A stretch of 64,000 bases of DNA from Desulfobaccales bacterium (GTDB taxonomy: Bacteria; Desulfobacterota; Desulfobaccia; Desulfobaccales; 0-14-0-80-60-11): contig JBAUPV010000030.1 of the NCBI GenBank assembly GCA_049580385.1, positions 926,190 to 990,189 of the forward strand. Direction: 5' to 3'. The notes under the pieces are model-generated. The model was not told where the DNA came from, made no database searches, and saw nothing but the letters and a program-made list of their open reading frames with translations. Both the position numbers and the translations under genes were made by a program. Shown here piece after piece: positions 18,901 through 30,190 of the stretch (its first letter is position 1; every line of letters begins with the position of its first letter).

Positions 18901-19546
18901 GGTACTGAACGCCATCCGCCCACAGTTAGCGCAGTTTTCCCAAACCCTGCCCCCCGGCTATAGTATGCAGATCGGCGGCGAGCAGGAGGAGCAGGAAAAG
19001 GGCTTCCACGACCTGACCATCGTCCTGTTGATCTCCATCATCTGCATCTACCTGGCCTTGGTGATCCAGTTCAAGAACGCCATTAAACCCTTCATCGTCT
19101 TTGCCACCATCCCCTACGGCATGGTGGGGGCCTTGATCGCCCTGCTGTGCATGGGCCAGCCCTTCGGTTTCATGGCCTTTTTGGGCATCGTCAGCCTGGT
19201 GGGGGTGATCGTCAGCCACGTCATCGTGCTCTTCGACTTTATCGAAGAAAAACATGCCGCGGGCGAGCCTCTGGAAGAGGCGGTGCTGGACGCCGGCATC
19301 ATCCGCCTGCGGCCGGTGATGATCACCGTGGGCGCCACGATCTTCGGGCTCATCCCCCTGGCCCTGCACGGCGGGCCGCTTTGGGAGCCCTTGTGCTACG
19401 CCCAGATCGGCGGCCTGCTGGTGGCCACCCTGATCACCCTGCTCCTGGTGCCGGTATTTTACAGCATCTTCGTGTTGGACCTGAAGATCGTCACCTGGGA
19501 CACCAGCCAGAAGCCTGTGGTGGAAGGTGAAGTGCGGGGAAGTTAG
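15905..19546 (+). CDS. RND efflux transporter permease (AcrB/HAE family), long form (~1213 aa)
   Basis: ORF 15803..19546. The N-terminal 34 codons read through repeat DNA. The sensible start is ATG 15905 ([39 protein letters not shown]...PQRKDPDIP). It has the 12-TM RND layout with two large periplasmic loops. Confidence 0.9.
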   Translation: [1213 protein letters not shown]

Positions 19547-19653
19547 GCGAGAAGGGTTGGGACAAGTCCCTAAAGATCGGCGTGACCAAAAACGGCTGGC
19601 GATTGGGCTAAATTTTAATAACCATTAACCATTAAGTCTATGAGGTGGCTAAC

Positions 19654-22266
19654 ATGATCTCGAAGAAGAAAGGAACGGGATTTACCCGCCGGGATTTCGT
19701 GAAGACCGTGGGACTTACCGGGCTGGCCGTTGGGACCGGCACGGTGGGGGCCCTCGTGGCGCCGCAGTCGCCGGCCGAAGCCGCCAAGGACGGAGCCGCC
19801 GGGGCCGGACCCGCGAAGGCCACCGCGATCCCGGCCCAGCAGATCACCGGCATGCCGGGTTCGCCCAGCGCCACCATCACCATCGACGGCAAGCAACTGC
19901 CGCCGCCGCCGCCGAAATTCGGCGGCGTGATCAAAGATACGGCCGCGCAATCCAAGCCGTACTGGCCGCCGCGCGTCGTGCCGCCCCAGGGCGCGCCCAA
20001 CGTGCTGCTGATCATGACCGATGATGCGGGCTTCGGCCTCGCCAGTACCTTCGGCGGGGTAATTCCGACCCCGGCGTTGGACCGGATTGCCAAATATGGC
20101 CTGCGCTACACCAACTTCCATTCCACCGCGCTGTGTTCGCCCACGCGCGCCGCCCAGATCACCGGACACAATCATCATTCAGCCGGTTTCGGCGTAATCG
20201 CGGAGCAGGCCACCGGTTTTCCCGGCTACGACAGCTTCATCCCCAAGGACAAGACCACCATCGGGCGCATCCTCAAGGAACACGGCTATGCCACCTCGTG
20301 GTTCGGCAAGGACCACAACACGCCGGAGTTCCAGGCCAGCCAGGCAGGCCCGTTCGACCAGTGGCCCATCGGCATGGGCTTCGAGTACTTTTACGGCTTT
20401 ATTGGCGGCGACACCAGCCAATGGCAGCCGAACCTTTTCCGCAACACGACGCAGATTTACCCGTTCCAGGGCCAGCCCGGCTGGAACCTGACCACGGCTA
20501 TGGCCGACGACGCCATTGACTACATGGGTCGCATGAACGCCCTGACGCCCGATAAGCCCTTCTTCGTCTACTACGTGCCGGGAGGCACGCATGCGCCCCA
20601 TCATCCGACCCAGGAATGGGCCGACAAGATCAGTCAAATGCACCTGTTCGACCAGGGCTGGAACAAGCTGCGCGACCAGATCTTCGCGAACCAAAAGAGG
20701 CTCGGCGTGATTCCTGCCAATGCCAGGCTGACGCCTTGGCCGCAAGACCTCCTCAAGGAGTGGGACCAGCTTACGGCCGACGAGAAGAAGCTCTTCATCC
20801 GCCAGGTGGAAGTCTTCGCGGCCTACGCCGCCTATACCGATCATGAAATCGGCCGCGTGATCCAGGCGGTCGAGGACATGGGCAAGCTCGACAACACGCT
20901 CATCATCTACATCGAGGGCGACAACGGGACCAGCGCCGAAGGGACGATGATTGGCACGCCCAACGAAATAGCGATGTTCAATGGCATCAATCCGGGCGTC
21001 GAGGAGCAGCTCAAGTACTTCTACGACGTTTGGGGCACTGACAAGACCTACAACCACATGGCGGTGCCCTGGGCCTGGGCGTTCGACACCCCGTTCTCGT
21101 GGACCAAGCAGATTGCCTCTCACTTTGGCGGCATACGGCAGGGCATGTGCATTTCCTGGCCCCAGGTGATCAAGGACCAGGGCGGCATCCGCAACCAGTT
21201 CCATCACGTGATCGACATTACGCCTACAATTCTGGAGGCGGCCGGCCTCCGCCAGCCCGAGGTAGTGGATGGCATCAAGCAGACCCCCATCGAAGGCGTC
21301 AGCATGATGTACACCTTCGACAAGAAGAACGCCGAGGCGCCCTCGAGGCACAAGACGCAGTATTTCGAGATGTTCGCCGACCGCGCCATTTACCACGACG
21401 GCTGGATCGCCAGCACGAAAGTCATGCGTCCGCCTTGGGAAAGCTTGGCGCCGAAGATGAGCCCGACCGAGTATCCTTGGGAGCTGTACGACCTCAGGAA
21501 TGACTGGACCCAGTCGGAGGACGTTGCCTCCAGGTTTCCGGACAAACTTAAAGAAATGCAGGCATTGTTTTGGAAGGAAGCCAAGAAGTACCAGGTGCTG
21601 CCGCTGGACAATTCCGTGGCGACCCGGATCATTACGCCGCGGCCGAGCATCACCGCCGGCCGGAACGTCTTCACCTGGACCCGGCCGCTCACCGGCACGC
21701 CGAACGGCGACGCGCCGAGCATCCTCAACGCCTCTTACAACTTCAAGGCCGAGGTGGAGATCCCGCCGGGGGGCGCCGAAGGCATGTTGATCACGCAGGG
21801 CGGGCGCTTTGGCGGCTATGGCTTCTATCTGCTCAAGGGCAAGCCGGTCTTCCTCTGGAACCTGGTGGACCTGAAGCGCATCCGTTGGGAAGGCTCCGAA
21901 CTCGCCCGCGGCAATCACGTGCTCGAGTTCGACTTCAAATACGACGGCCTGGGCATGGGCACCCTGGCCTTTAATAACGTGAGCGGCATCGGCCGTTCGG
22001 GCACGGGTGTGCTCAAGGTGGACGGCAAGGAAGTGGCCACCCAGAAGATGGAGCGCACCCTTCCCATAATCCTGCAGTGGGACGAGTCGCTCGACATCGG
22101 ATCGGACACGCAGACCGGGGTTAATGACGCCGATTATCAACCGCCATTCAGGTTCACCGGCAATATCAAGAAGATCACCTTGACCATTGACCGGCCCAAG
22201 CTGAGCCCCGCTGATGAAATGCTGCTCATGGAGAAGTCTCAGCGGAATAACCAGGCTGCGGAGTAA
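19654..22266 (+). CDS. arylsulfatase (formylglycine-dependent sulfatase family) with twin-arginine signal peptide
   Basis: ATG 19654 follows GAGGTGG. Tat motif TRRDFVK. Sulfatase signature LIMTDDAGFG...FHSTALCSPTRAAQITGHNHH (C-x-P-x-R). Large C-terminal extension. Confidence 0.9.
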   Translation: MISKKKGTGFTRRDFVKTVGLTGLAVGTGTVGALVAPQSPAEAAKDGAAGAGPAKATAIPAQQITGMPGSPSATITIDGKQLPPPPPKFGGVIKDTAAQSKPYWPPRVVPPQGAPNVLLIMTDDAGFGLASTFGGVIPTPALDRIAKYGLRYTNFHSTALCSPTRAAQITGHNHHSAGFGVIAEQATGFPGYDSFIPKDKTTIGRILKEHGYATSWFGKDHNTPEFQASQAGPFDQWPIGMGFEYFYGFIGGDTSQWQPNLFRNTTQIYPFQGQPGWNLTTAMADDAIDYMGRMNALTPDKPFFVYYVPGGTHAPHHPTQEWADKISQMHLFDQGWNKLRDQIFANQKRLGVIPANARLTPWPQDLLKEWDQLTADEKKLFIRQVEVFAAYAAYTDHEIGRVIQAVEDMGKLDNTLIIYIEGDNGTSAEGTMIGTPNEIAMFNGINPGVEEQLKYFYDVWGTDKTYNHMAVPWAWAFDTPFSWTKQIASHFGGIRQGMCISWPQVIKDQGGIRNQFHHVIDITPTILEAAGLRQPEVVDGIKQTPIEGVSMMYTFDKKNAEAPSRHKTQYFEMFADRAIYHDGWIASTKVMRPPWESLAPKMSPTEYPWELYDLRNDWTQSEDVASRFPDKLKEMQALFWKEAKKYQVLPLDNSVATRIITPRPSITAGRNVFTWTRPLTGTPNGDAPSILNASYNFKAEVEIPPGGAEGMLITQGGRFGGYGFYLLKGKPVFLWNLVDLKRIRWEGSELARGNHVLEFDFKYDGLGMGTLAFNNVSGIGRSGTGVLKVDGKEVATQKMERTLPIILQWDESLDIGSDTQTGVNDADYQPPFRFTGNIKKITLTIDRPKLSPADEMLLMEKSQRNNQAAE

Positions 22267-22281
22267 TAAAAAATACCTACG

Positions 22282-22319
22282 GGCGCCTGCGCCAGGGGCG
22301 CCCCCCTGGCGCAGGCGCC
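22282..22319 (+). terminator. perfect 17-bp GC hairpin just after the arylsulfatase stop (no U-tract)
   Basis: ggcgcctgcgccagggg cgcc cccctggcgcaggcgcc. It may terminate or stabilise the transcript. The missing T-run lowers confidence in intrinsic termination. Confidence 0.4.
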
Positions 22320-22346
22320 TACCACCTCAGGCGGTTCGGGGATGGC

Positions 22347-22430
22347 TTGCTCAATTTGGAAAATGCCGTGGCCCTGCACGGCTACGACGCGGTGGCCTAT
22401 TTCGAGCGGGAGCGGGCGGTGCGGGGCAAA
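22347..22430 (+). pseudogene. short remnant of a YHS-like domain protein
   Basis: LLNLENAVALHGYDAVAYFERERAVRGK resembles the N-terminal (A)L.GYD.VAYF....A..G motif of YHS-type proteins. There is no start codon, and similarity is lost after ~28 aa. Confidence 0.35.
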
Positions 22431-22523
22431 ATAGGTTCAACTGAAATCCGGTTGGTGCAGAACTTGGTGCAGAACCCAAAACAAGAGGCGTAACCTATTG
22501 AGATTACGCCTCATTTAATCAAT

Positions 22524-22610
22524 TGGTGCCGAAGCGGGGATTTGAACCCCGACGGGGAAACCCCCACTGGACCCTGAACCCAGCGCGTCTACCAGTTCCG
22601 CCACTTCGGC
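22524..22610 (-). tRNA. tRNA-Leu (anticodon CAG), CCA encoded
   Basis: The reverse complement is GCCGAAGTGGCGGAACTGGTAGACGCGCTGGGTTCAGGGTCCAGTGGGGGTTTCCCCGTCGGGGTTCAAATCCCCGCTTCGGCACCA. It folds as a cloverleaf with a long variable arm. The anticodon loop is TTCAGGG. Confidence 0.95.
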
Positions 22611-22844
22611 CTGATGCCCGGCTCCTGCCTGGCGTTTTTCAAATGATTAATTTATTATAACCCATTAGGGTTGTCAAGGTGGTCCAGTCCCACTTAGTTT
22701 GCCGCACAGAGATTGGAATAGGGCAGCCTGTGACCGCCAATATGCGGCGGCCCCAGCCCGCCCTCTAAATTCGGACAAAGACTGGAAGCCTGTGCCACTA
22801 TCTGAGGCAAAATTGAAACGAAACCGAGTCCAGAGGAGGCCTAG

Positions 22845-23765
22845 GTGAGGGTCCTTGATGATCTCCCTCCGGGGGAATCGCCCCTCGGGCCAACGGTCGC
22901 CACCATCGGCAATTTCGACGGGGTCCATCTGGGACACCGGGCCATCCTGGGCCGGGTGTGCCGGCGGGCTCGGGAATTGGGGAGCCAGGCGGTGGCCGTC
23001 ACCTTCGACCCGCATCCCTTGAGGCTGCTGCGGCCGGAGATGGAGCTACCGCTGCTCACCACCCCGGACCAGAAACTGGAACTCCTCAAGGGCTGCGGAC
23101 TGGACGCGGTGGTAGTCCTACCCTTTACCCGGGAATTTGCCGCGCTGTCGGCCCGGGATTTTGTCAGCCGCTATTTCTGTGAGCGCTTGAGGGCGCGGGA
23201 AGTGGTAATCGGCCACGACTACTGCTTCGGGAGGGGCCGGGAAGGCAATGTCGACCTCTTGAGAGAGATGGGCCAGGTTTGCGGGTTCACGGTCCAGGTG
23301 GTTTGGGCCGTGGAGAGTGACGAGGCGGTGGTGAGCAGCTCGCTGATCCGGGCGCTGCTGCGCCTGGGGAAGGTAGAGGAGGCCCGCCGTCTCCTGGGAC
23401 GTGCCTACGGGGTGGAGGGCCAGGTGGTCCGGGGCAAGGGCCGGGGGGCCAAACTGCTGGGAGTGCCCACCGCCAATATCCGGCCACGGAACGAACTGCT
23501 GCCGGCCTCGGGCATCTACGCGGTGCGGGTGCGCCGGGGCGCCGCCATACACCCCGGAGTGGCCAACATCGGCACCTGTCCCACCTTCGACGGCTGTGCC
23601 TCCTCCCTGGAAGTGCACCTGTTGGATTTCGACGGCGACCTGTACGGCGAGGACCTGGGGGTCGATTTTGTGGCCCGGCTGCGGGAAGAGCGGCGCTTCC
23701 CCTCGGTTGAGGCCCTGGCCGCCCAGATCCACGCTGATATAGCCGCAGCCCGGAAAATTCTTTAA
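22845..23765 (+). CDS. ribF: bifunctional riboflavin kinase / FMN adenylyltransferase
   Basis: 306-aa ORF (GTG start). ATIGNFDGVHLGHRAIL and the C-terminal riboflavin-kinase motifs (GVPTANI, GVANIGTCPTF, LEVHLLDFDGDLYG) are present. Confidence 0.92.
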   Translation: MRVLDDLPPGESPLGPTVATIGNFDGVHLGHRAILGRVCRRARELGSQAVAVTFDPHPLRLLRPEMELPLLTTPDQKLELLKGCGLDAVVVLPFTREFAALSARDFVSRYFCERLRAREVVIGHDYCFGRGREGNVDLLREMGQVCGFTVQVVWAVESDEAVVSSSLIRALLRLGKVEEARRLLGRAYGVEGQVVRGKGRGAKLLGVPTANIRPRNELLPASGIYAVRVRRGAAIHPGVANIGTCPTFDGCASSLEVHLLDFDGDLYGEDLGVDFVARLREERRFPSVEALAAQIHADIAAARKIL

Positions 23766-23775
23766 ATTATAAGCC

Positions 23776-23856
23776 TCAAAATAGGTCCAACCTGCAGCCA
23801 CTCGCAGTAAGTGTTAAGACCAGGGCCAGCAACATCATCAGGACGAACCTTTTCAT
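23776..23856 (-). CDS. possible 26-aa mini-lipoprotein ORF (signal peptide + 6 residues) or truncated lipoprotein gene
   Basis: GGGAGGGGG RBS, then ATG AAA AGG... = MKRFVLMMLLALVLTLTASGCRLDLF*, with a lipobox (LTASGC). Too short for statistical support. Confidence 0.3.
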   Translation of the reverse strand: MKRFVLMMLLALVLTLTASGCRLDLF

Positions 23857-24066
23857 GAGCCCCCTCCCGTATGCAACAAATAAGCACCTTAAATTTCTTG
23901 CCAAGCAAGCTGATAAGTTTCTAAATTAGGGTATGGAAAGAGAAGCAGCGGATGGGGCGGCTGCACCCGAGAACTGAAAATACAGCGGGACCAGGGGCGT
24001 CTGGCGCCGGCTTAAGCACAAACACCCTTGACTTCTTCGAGTAAATTTAATAAATTTATCTTTTGA

Positions 24067-24142
24067 GCGGGCATAGCTCAGCTGGTAGAGTACAAGCTTC
24101 CCAAGCTTGGTGTCGCGGGTTCGAATCCCGTTGCCCGCTCCA
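24067..24142 (+). tRNA. tRNA-Gly (anticodon CCC), CCA encoded
   Basis: GCGGGCATAGCTCAGCTGGTAGAGTACAAGCTTCCCAAGCTTGGTGTCGCGGGTTCGAATCCCGTTGCCCGCTCCA. Canonical cloverleaf; the anticodon loop is TTCCCAA. Confidence 0.95.
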
Positions 24143-24367
24143 GCCCGGGGACCGATAAGGCTTATGGGGTCTTGTCGTTTTGCCGGGGGAGCCGCTTCCC
24201 CCATCGAGGTGGCCGGCAGCAAGGGGCAGGATGGCCGGCTTACTTTGAGGGCGGAGTTAAGTAGTTGCTCTGGGGCGCCCCGAGATTAAACAACGTCTTG
24301 GAATTTCCCGGAAGTGGGCTACAGGCCCACTTTTTTTATGACGGGACGGTTAAGAGAGGGCGGTTGC

Positions 24368-25210
24368 ATGGGACCATTCACACCAGCTGAATATTTCTGG
24401 CTCATCGGGCTGGGGGTGGCGGTGGGCTTTGTCGGCACCCTGATAGGCGCGGGGGGCGCCTTTTTGTTGATGCCGACCCTCATGCTGCTCTATCCCCAGG
24501 CAACACCTGACGAATTGACGGCCATGACCCTGTCGGTGGTTTTTTTCAACACCCTGGCCGGCTCCCAATCCTACGCCTTTATGGGGCGGATAGACTATAA
24601 ATCGGGCCTGATATTCGCTGCGGCCACCATCCCCGGGGCGGTCTTCGGGACGCTGAACGCCTCGATGGTGCCGCGGCACCTGTTCAACGGCATCTTCGGG
24701 CTGATGTTGATAGCCATATCCATATTCCTGCTGTTTCGCCCGGAACTCAAACCCCGCTCGGAGCTACACACCCACCGCGGCCACGCCTGGCGCATTATCA
24801 CCTCGTCCGAAGGAGAGAGACATTATTACAATTTCAATCTCTACGTGGGCATAGGGATCAGCTTTATGGCGGGTTACCTCTCCGGTTTTCTGGGGGTCGG
24901 CGGCGGCATCATTCACGTGCCGGCCCTGGTTTTTTTCTTGGATTTTCCGGTGCACATCGCCACGGCCACCTCCCATTTCGTTATGATGATCATGTCCGGG
25001 ACCGCGACGGGGGTGCATATCTGGCATGGTTCGTTTAATAATACGGGAATAATCAGGCACACCCTGTGCCTGGGCATCGGCTGTTTAGTGGGGGCGCCCG
25101 TGGGGGCGCAGGTATCCAACCGTTTGCACGGAGTCTGGATTGTCCGCAGTCTGGCGCTGGGCCTGGGGTTTGTGGGAATACGCATCCTGATCACGTTCTT
25201 CCAGCATTAG
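24368..25210 (+). CDS. TauE/SafE (TSUP) family anion/sulfite exporter
   Basis: Multi-TM ORF. The start at ATG 24368 gives MGPFTPAEYFWLIGLGVAVGFVGTLIGAGGAFLLMP. The repeated GxGGG motifs (FLGVGGGIIHVPAL) are typical of the family. Confidence 0.8.
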   Translation: MGPFTPAEYFWLIGLGVAVGFVGTLIGAGGAFLLMPTLMLLYPQATPDELTAMTLSVVFFNTLAGSQSYAFMGRIDYKSGLIFAAATIPGAVFGTLNASMVPRHLFNGIFGLMLIAISIFLLFRPELKPRSELHTHRGHAWRIITSSEGERHYYNFNLYVGIGISFMAGYLSGFLGVGGGIIHVPALVFFLDFPVHIATATSHFVMMIMSGTATGVHIWHGSFNNTGIIRHTLCLGIGCLVGAPVGAQVSNRLHGVWIVRSLALGLGFVGIRILITFFQH

Positions 25211-25273
25211 AGCGGAAAATCCGAAACTCTAATGCGTGGCCATAAATGATTTATTTTGTTTTAATAATTTAAG

Positions 25274-25762
25274 ATGCAAACCAAGGAAGAGATCGTCGCC
25301 CGGGTGCAGGAGCTGCTGGCGCCGCTTCTTGAAGCCCAGGGAGTGGAGCTGGTGGACCTGGAATACGCCCGGCCGCGCCGGGGCCGGTCCACTCTGCGCC
25401 TGTTTCTGGACCAGCCCGGCGGCATCTCCCTTGAGGTCTTGACCCGGGTCAGCCGGGTGGTGGGAGGACTGCTGGAGGTACACGACGCTATTCCCGGGTC
25501 CTACCACCTGGAAGTCTCGTCTCCGGGCCTGACCCGGCCGCTTAGAAGGCCGGAGGATTACCGGCGCTACTCAGGGCGGCTGGTGCGCCTCACTACCCAC
25601 CACCTCTGGGAAGGCCGCCAGGTGCACCGGGGCATTCTCCTGGGAATGGAGGGGGACACGGTTTGCCTGCGGATGGGGGAGGAGACCTGTTGCATCCCCT
25701 TACCGGAAATCGCCAAGGCCCGGCTGGATCTGGATCTGAAAAATCATCGTAAGGAGGGCTAG
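25274..25762 (+). CDS. rimP: ribosome maturation factor RimP
   Basis: 162 aa. The motif LEVSSPGLTRPL and the position immediately upstream of nusA support the call. Confidence 0.9.
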   Translation: MQTKEEIVARVQELLAPLLEAQGVELVDLEYARPRRGRSTLRLFLDQPGGISLEVLTRVSRVVGGLLEVHDAIPGSYHLEVSSPGLTRPLRRPEDYRRYSGRLVRLTTHHLWEGRQVHRGILLGMEGDTVCLRMGEETCCIPLPEIAKARLDLDLKNHRKEG

Positions 25763-25770
25763 CACCTCAA

Positions 25771-27060
25771 ATGAACCTGGAATTAAAACGGATCATCGAT
25801 CAAGTCAGTCGCGATAAAGGCATCGACAAAGAGGTGCTGATCAGCGCCATCAAGGATGCCATCCGTTCCGCGGCCAAGAAGAAGTTCGGGCCCCGCCTGG
25901 AGATCGAGGTGGAATACAATGATGACACCGGAATGATCGAGGTCTTTCAATACAAAGAGGTGGTGAACGAGGTGGAGGACCCAAACGCCCAAATTTCCAT
26001 GGCCGAGGGCCGGAAATTGGATCCGGAATGCGAAGTGGGGGACAGCCTGGGGATCAAGATGGACGCCTCGGCCTTCGGCAGGATCGCCGCCCAGTCGGCG
26101 AAACAGGTGATCATGCAACGCATGAAAGACGCGGAGCGGGACCTGGTTTTTGAGGATTTCAAAGACCGCAAGGGCGAGATCATCAACGGTATCGTGCAGC
26201 GGGTGGACCCCGAGGGCATTATCGTCAATCTGGGGCGCACCGAGGCCCTGTTGCCCCCATCGGAGCAAGTGCCCCGGGAGATGTACCATAAAGGCGAGCG
26301 CATTCGCACCTTTCTCCTGGATGTGAAAAGGCAGACCCGGGGGCCCCAGGTCATCCTTTCCCGCACCCACCCGCAATTTCTGATAGCTCTCTTCGACGCC
26401 GAGGTCCCGGAGATTTCCGAAGGGATCGTCCAGGTGTTGGGGTGCGCCCGGGAACCGGGAAGCCGCGCCAAGATCGCGGTAGCCTCCCGGGAATCCGACG
26501 TTGACCCGGTGGGCGCCTGTGTGGGCATGCGCGGTTCCCGGGTTCAAAACATCGTCCAGGAGCTGCGGGGTGAGAAGATCGACATCATTCCCTGGCATCC
26601 GGACCCGGCCAAGTTTGCCACCAATGCCTTGTCCCCGGCCCAGGTGAGCCGCATCATCTTAAACCAGGTCACCCAGTCCATGGAGGTCATCGTCCCGGAC
26701 GACCAGTTGTCCCTGGCCATTGGCAAACGGGGTCAAAATGTGCGTCTGGCTTCCCGGCTGGTGGGTTGGAAGATCGACGTCAAGAGCGAGTCCAAGTACT
26801 CAAAGTCCCTGAAGGATGGCTATCTTTCGTTGCTGCGGATTCCCGGGGTGGGGGAGATTACCGCCAATCTGCTGCATGAGGGCGGTTATAACTCTGCCAG
26901 GGAAGTGGCGGAAACGAATTTGGAAGAATTGATACAGGGTACCGGCCTGAGCGAGAAAAAAGCGGGGGCCCTGATTGCCTCAGCCCAGGAAATGGCGCGA
27001 GGCGCGGCCGAGGAGGAGACCGGCGAGGAAGCCGCTCCCCATGAAGTCCAGGAAGGATAA
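25771..27060 (+). CDS. nusA: transcription termination/antitermination factor NusA
   Basis: 429 aa. N-terminal domain, S1, two KH domains (RGSRVQNIVQELRGEKIDII; AIGKRGQNVRLASRLVGWKIDV) and a C-terminal HhH region. Confidence 0.95.
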   Translation: MNLELKRIIDQVSRDKGIDKEVLISAIKDAIRSAAKKKFGPRLEIEVEYNDDTGMIEVFQYKEVVNEVEDPNAQISMAEGRKLDPECEVGDSLGIKMDASAFGRIAAQSAKQVIMQRMKDAERDLVFEDFKDRKGEIINGIVQRVDPEGIIVNLGRTEALLPPSEQVPREMYHKGERIRTFLLDVKRQTRGPQVILSRTHPQFLIALFDAEVPEISEGIVQVLGCAREPGSRAKIAVASRESDVDPVGACVGMRGSRVQNIVQELRGEKIDIIPWHPDPAKFATNALSPAQVSRIILNQVTQSMEVIVPDDQLSLAIGKRGQNVRLASRLVGWKIDVKSESKYSKSLKDGYLSLLRIPGVGEITANLLHEGGYNSAREVAETNLEELIQGTGLSEKKAGALIASAQEMARGAAEEETGEEAAPHEVQEG

Positions 27061-27114
27061 GAGTCGGTTTGAAGCGCGGGCAACGAAAATAGTTTCGGGG
27101 GAATGGTTAGGTAT

Positions 27115-29823
<2,709 letters not shown>

Positions 29824-29890
29824 GGTAGGGGACCCGGCATGGGGCCACAGGCTTTTAGCCTGTGATCCTTGGCGGTTCAGGGAGGTGCTC

Positions 29891-30187
29891 ATGATCGTCG
29901 CCGCGGCCCTTCTCACCTTGATCATCCCGGAGAATGACTCTTTAAAGGGCAAGCGCAAGGTGGTGAGGAGCCTCATCGAAAAGGCCCGGCACAAGTTTGA
30001 CGCGGCCATGGCGGAAGTGGGAGACAACGACCTCTGGCGCAGGGCCCAGGTCGGGGTGGCCCTGGTGGGCAACGATCCCCAACTGCTGGAGGCCCGGATA
30101 CAGCAGATCATGAAATTCATTGAGAACCAGTACGTGGTGGAGATCATCGATAGCCAGATGGAACTCTGCTACCTGAAGGATGAGTGA
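29891..30187 (+). CDS. DUF503 (YlxP-like) protein
   Basis: About 98 aa. The motif ENDSLKGKRKVVRSLIEKARHKF and the position between infB and rbfA are as in many bacteria. ATG 29891 lies 5 nt after GGAGG. Confidence 0.8.
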   Translation: MIVAAALLTLIIPENDSLKGKRKVVRSLIEKARHKFDAAMAEVGDNDLWRRAQVGVALVGNDPQLLEARIQQIMKFIENQYVVEIIDSQMELCYLKDE

Positions 30188-30190
30188 ACG

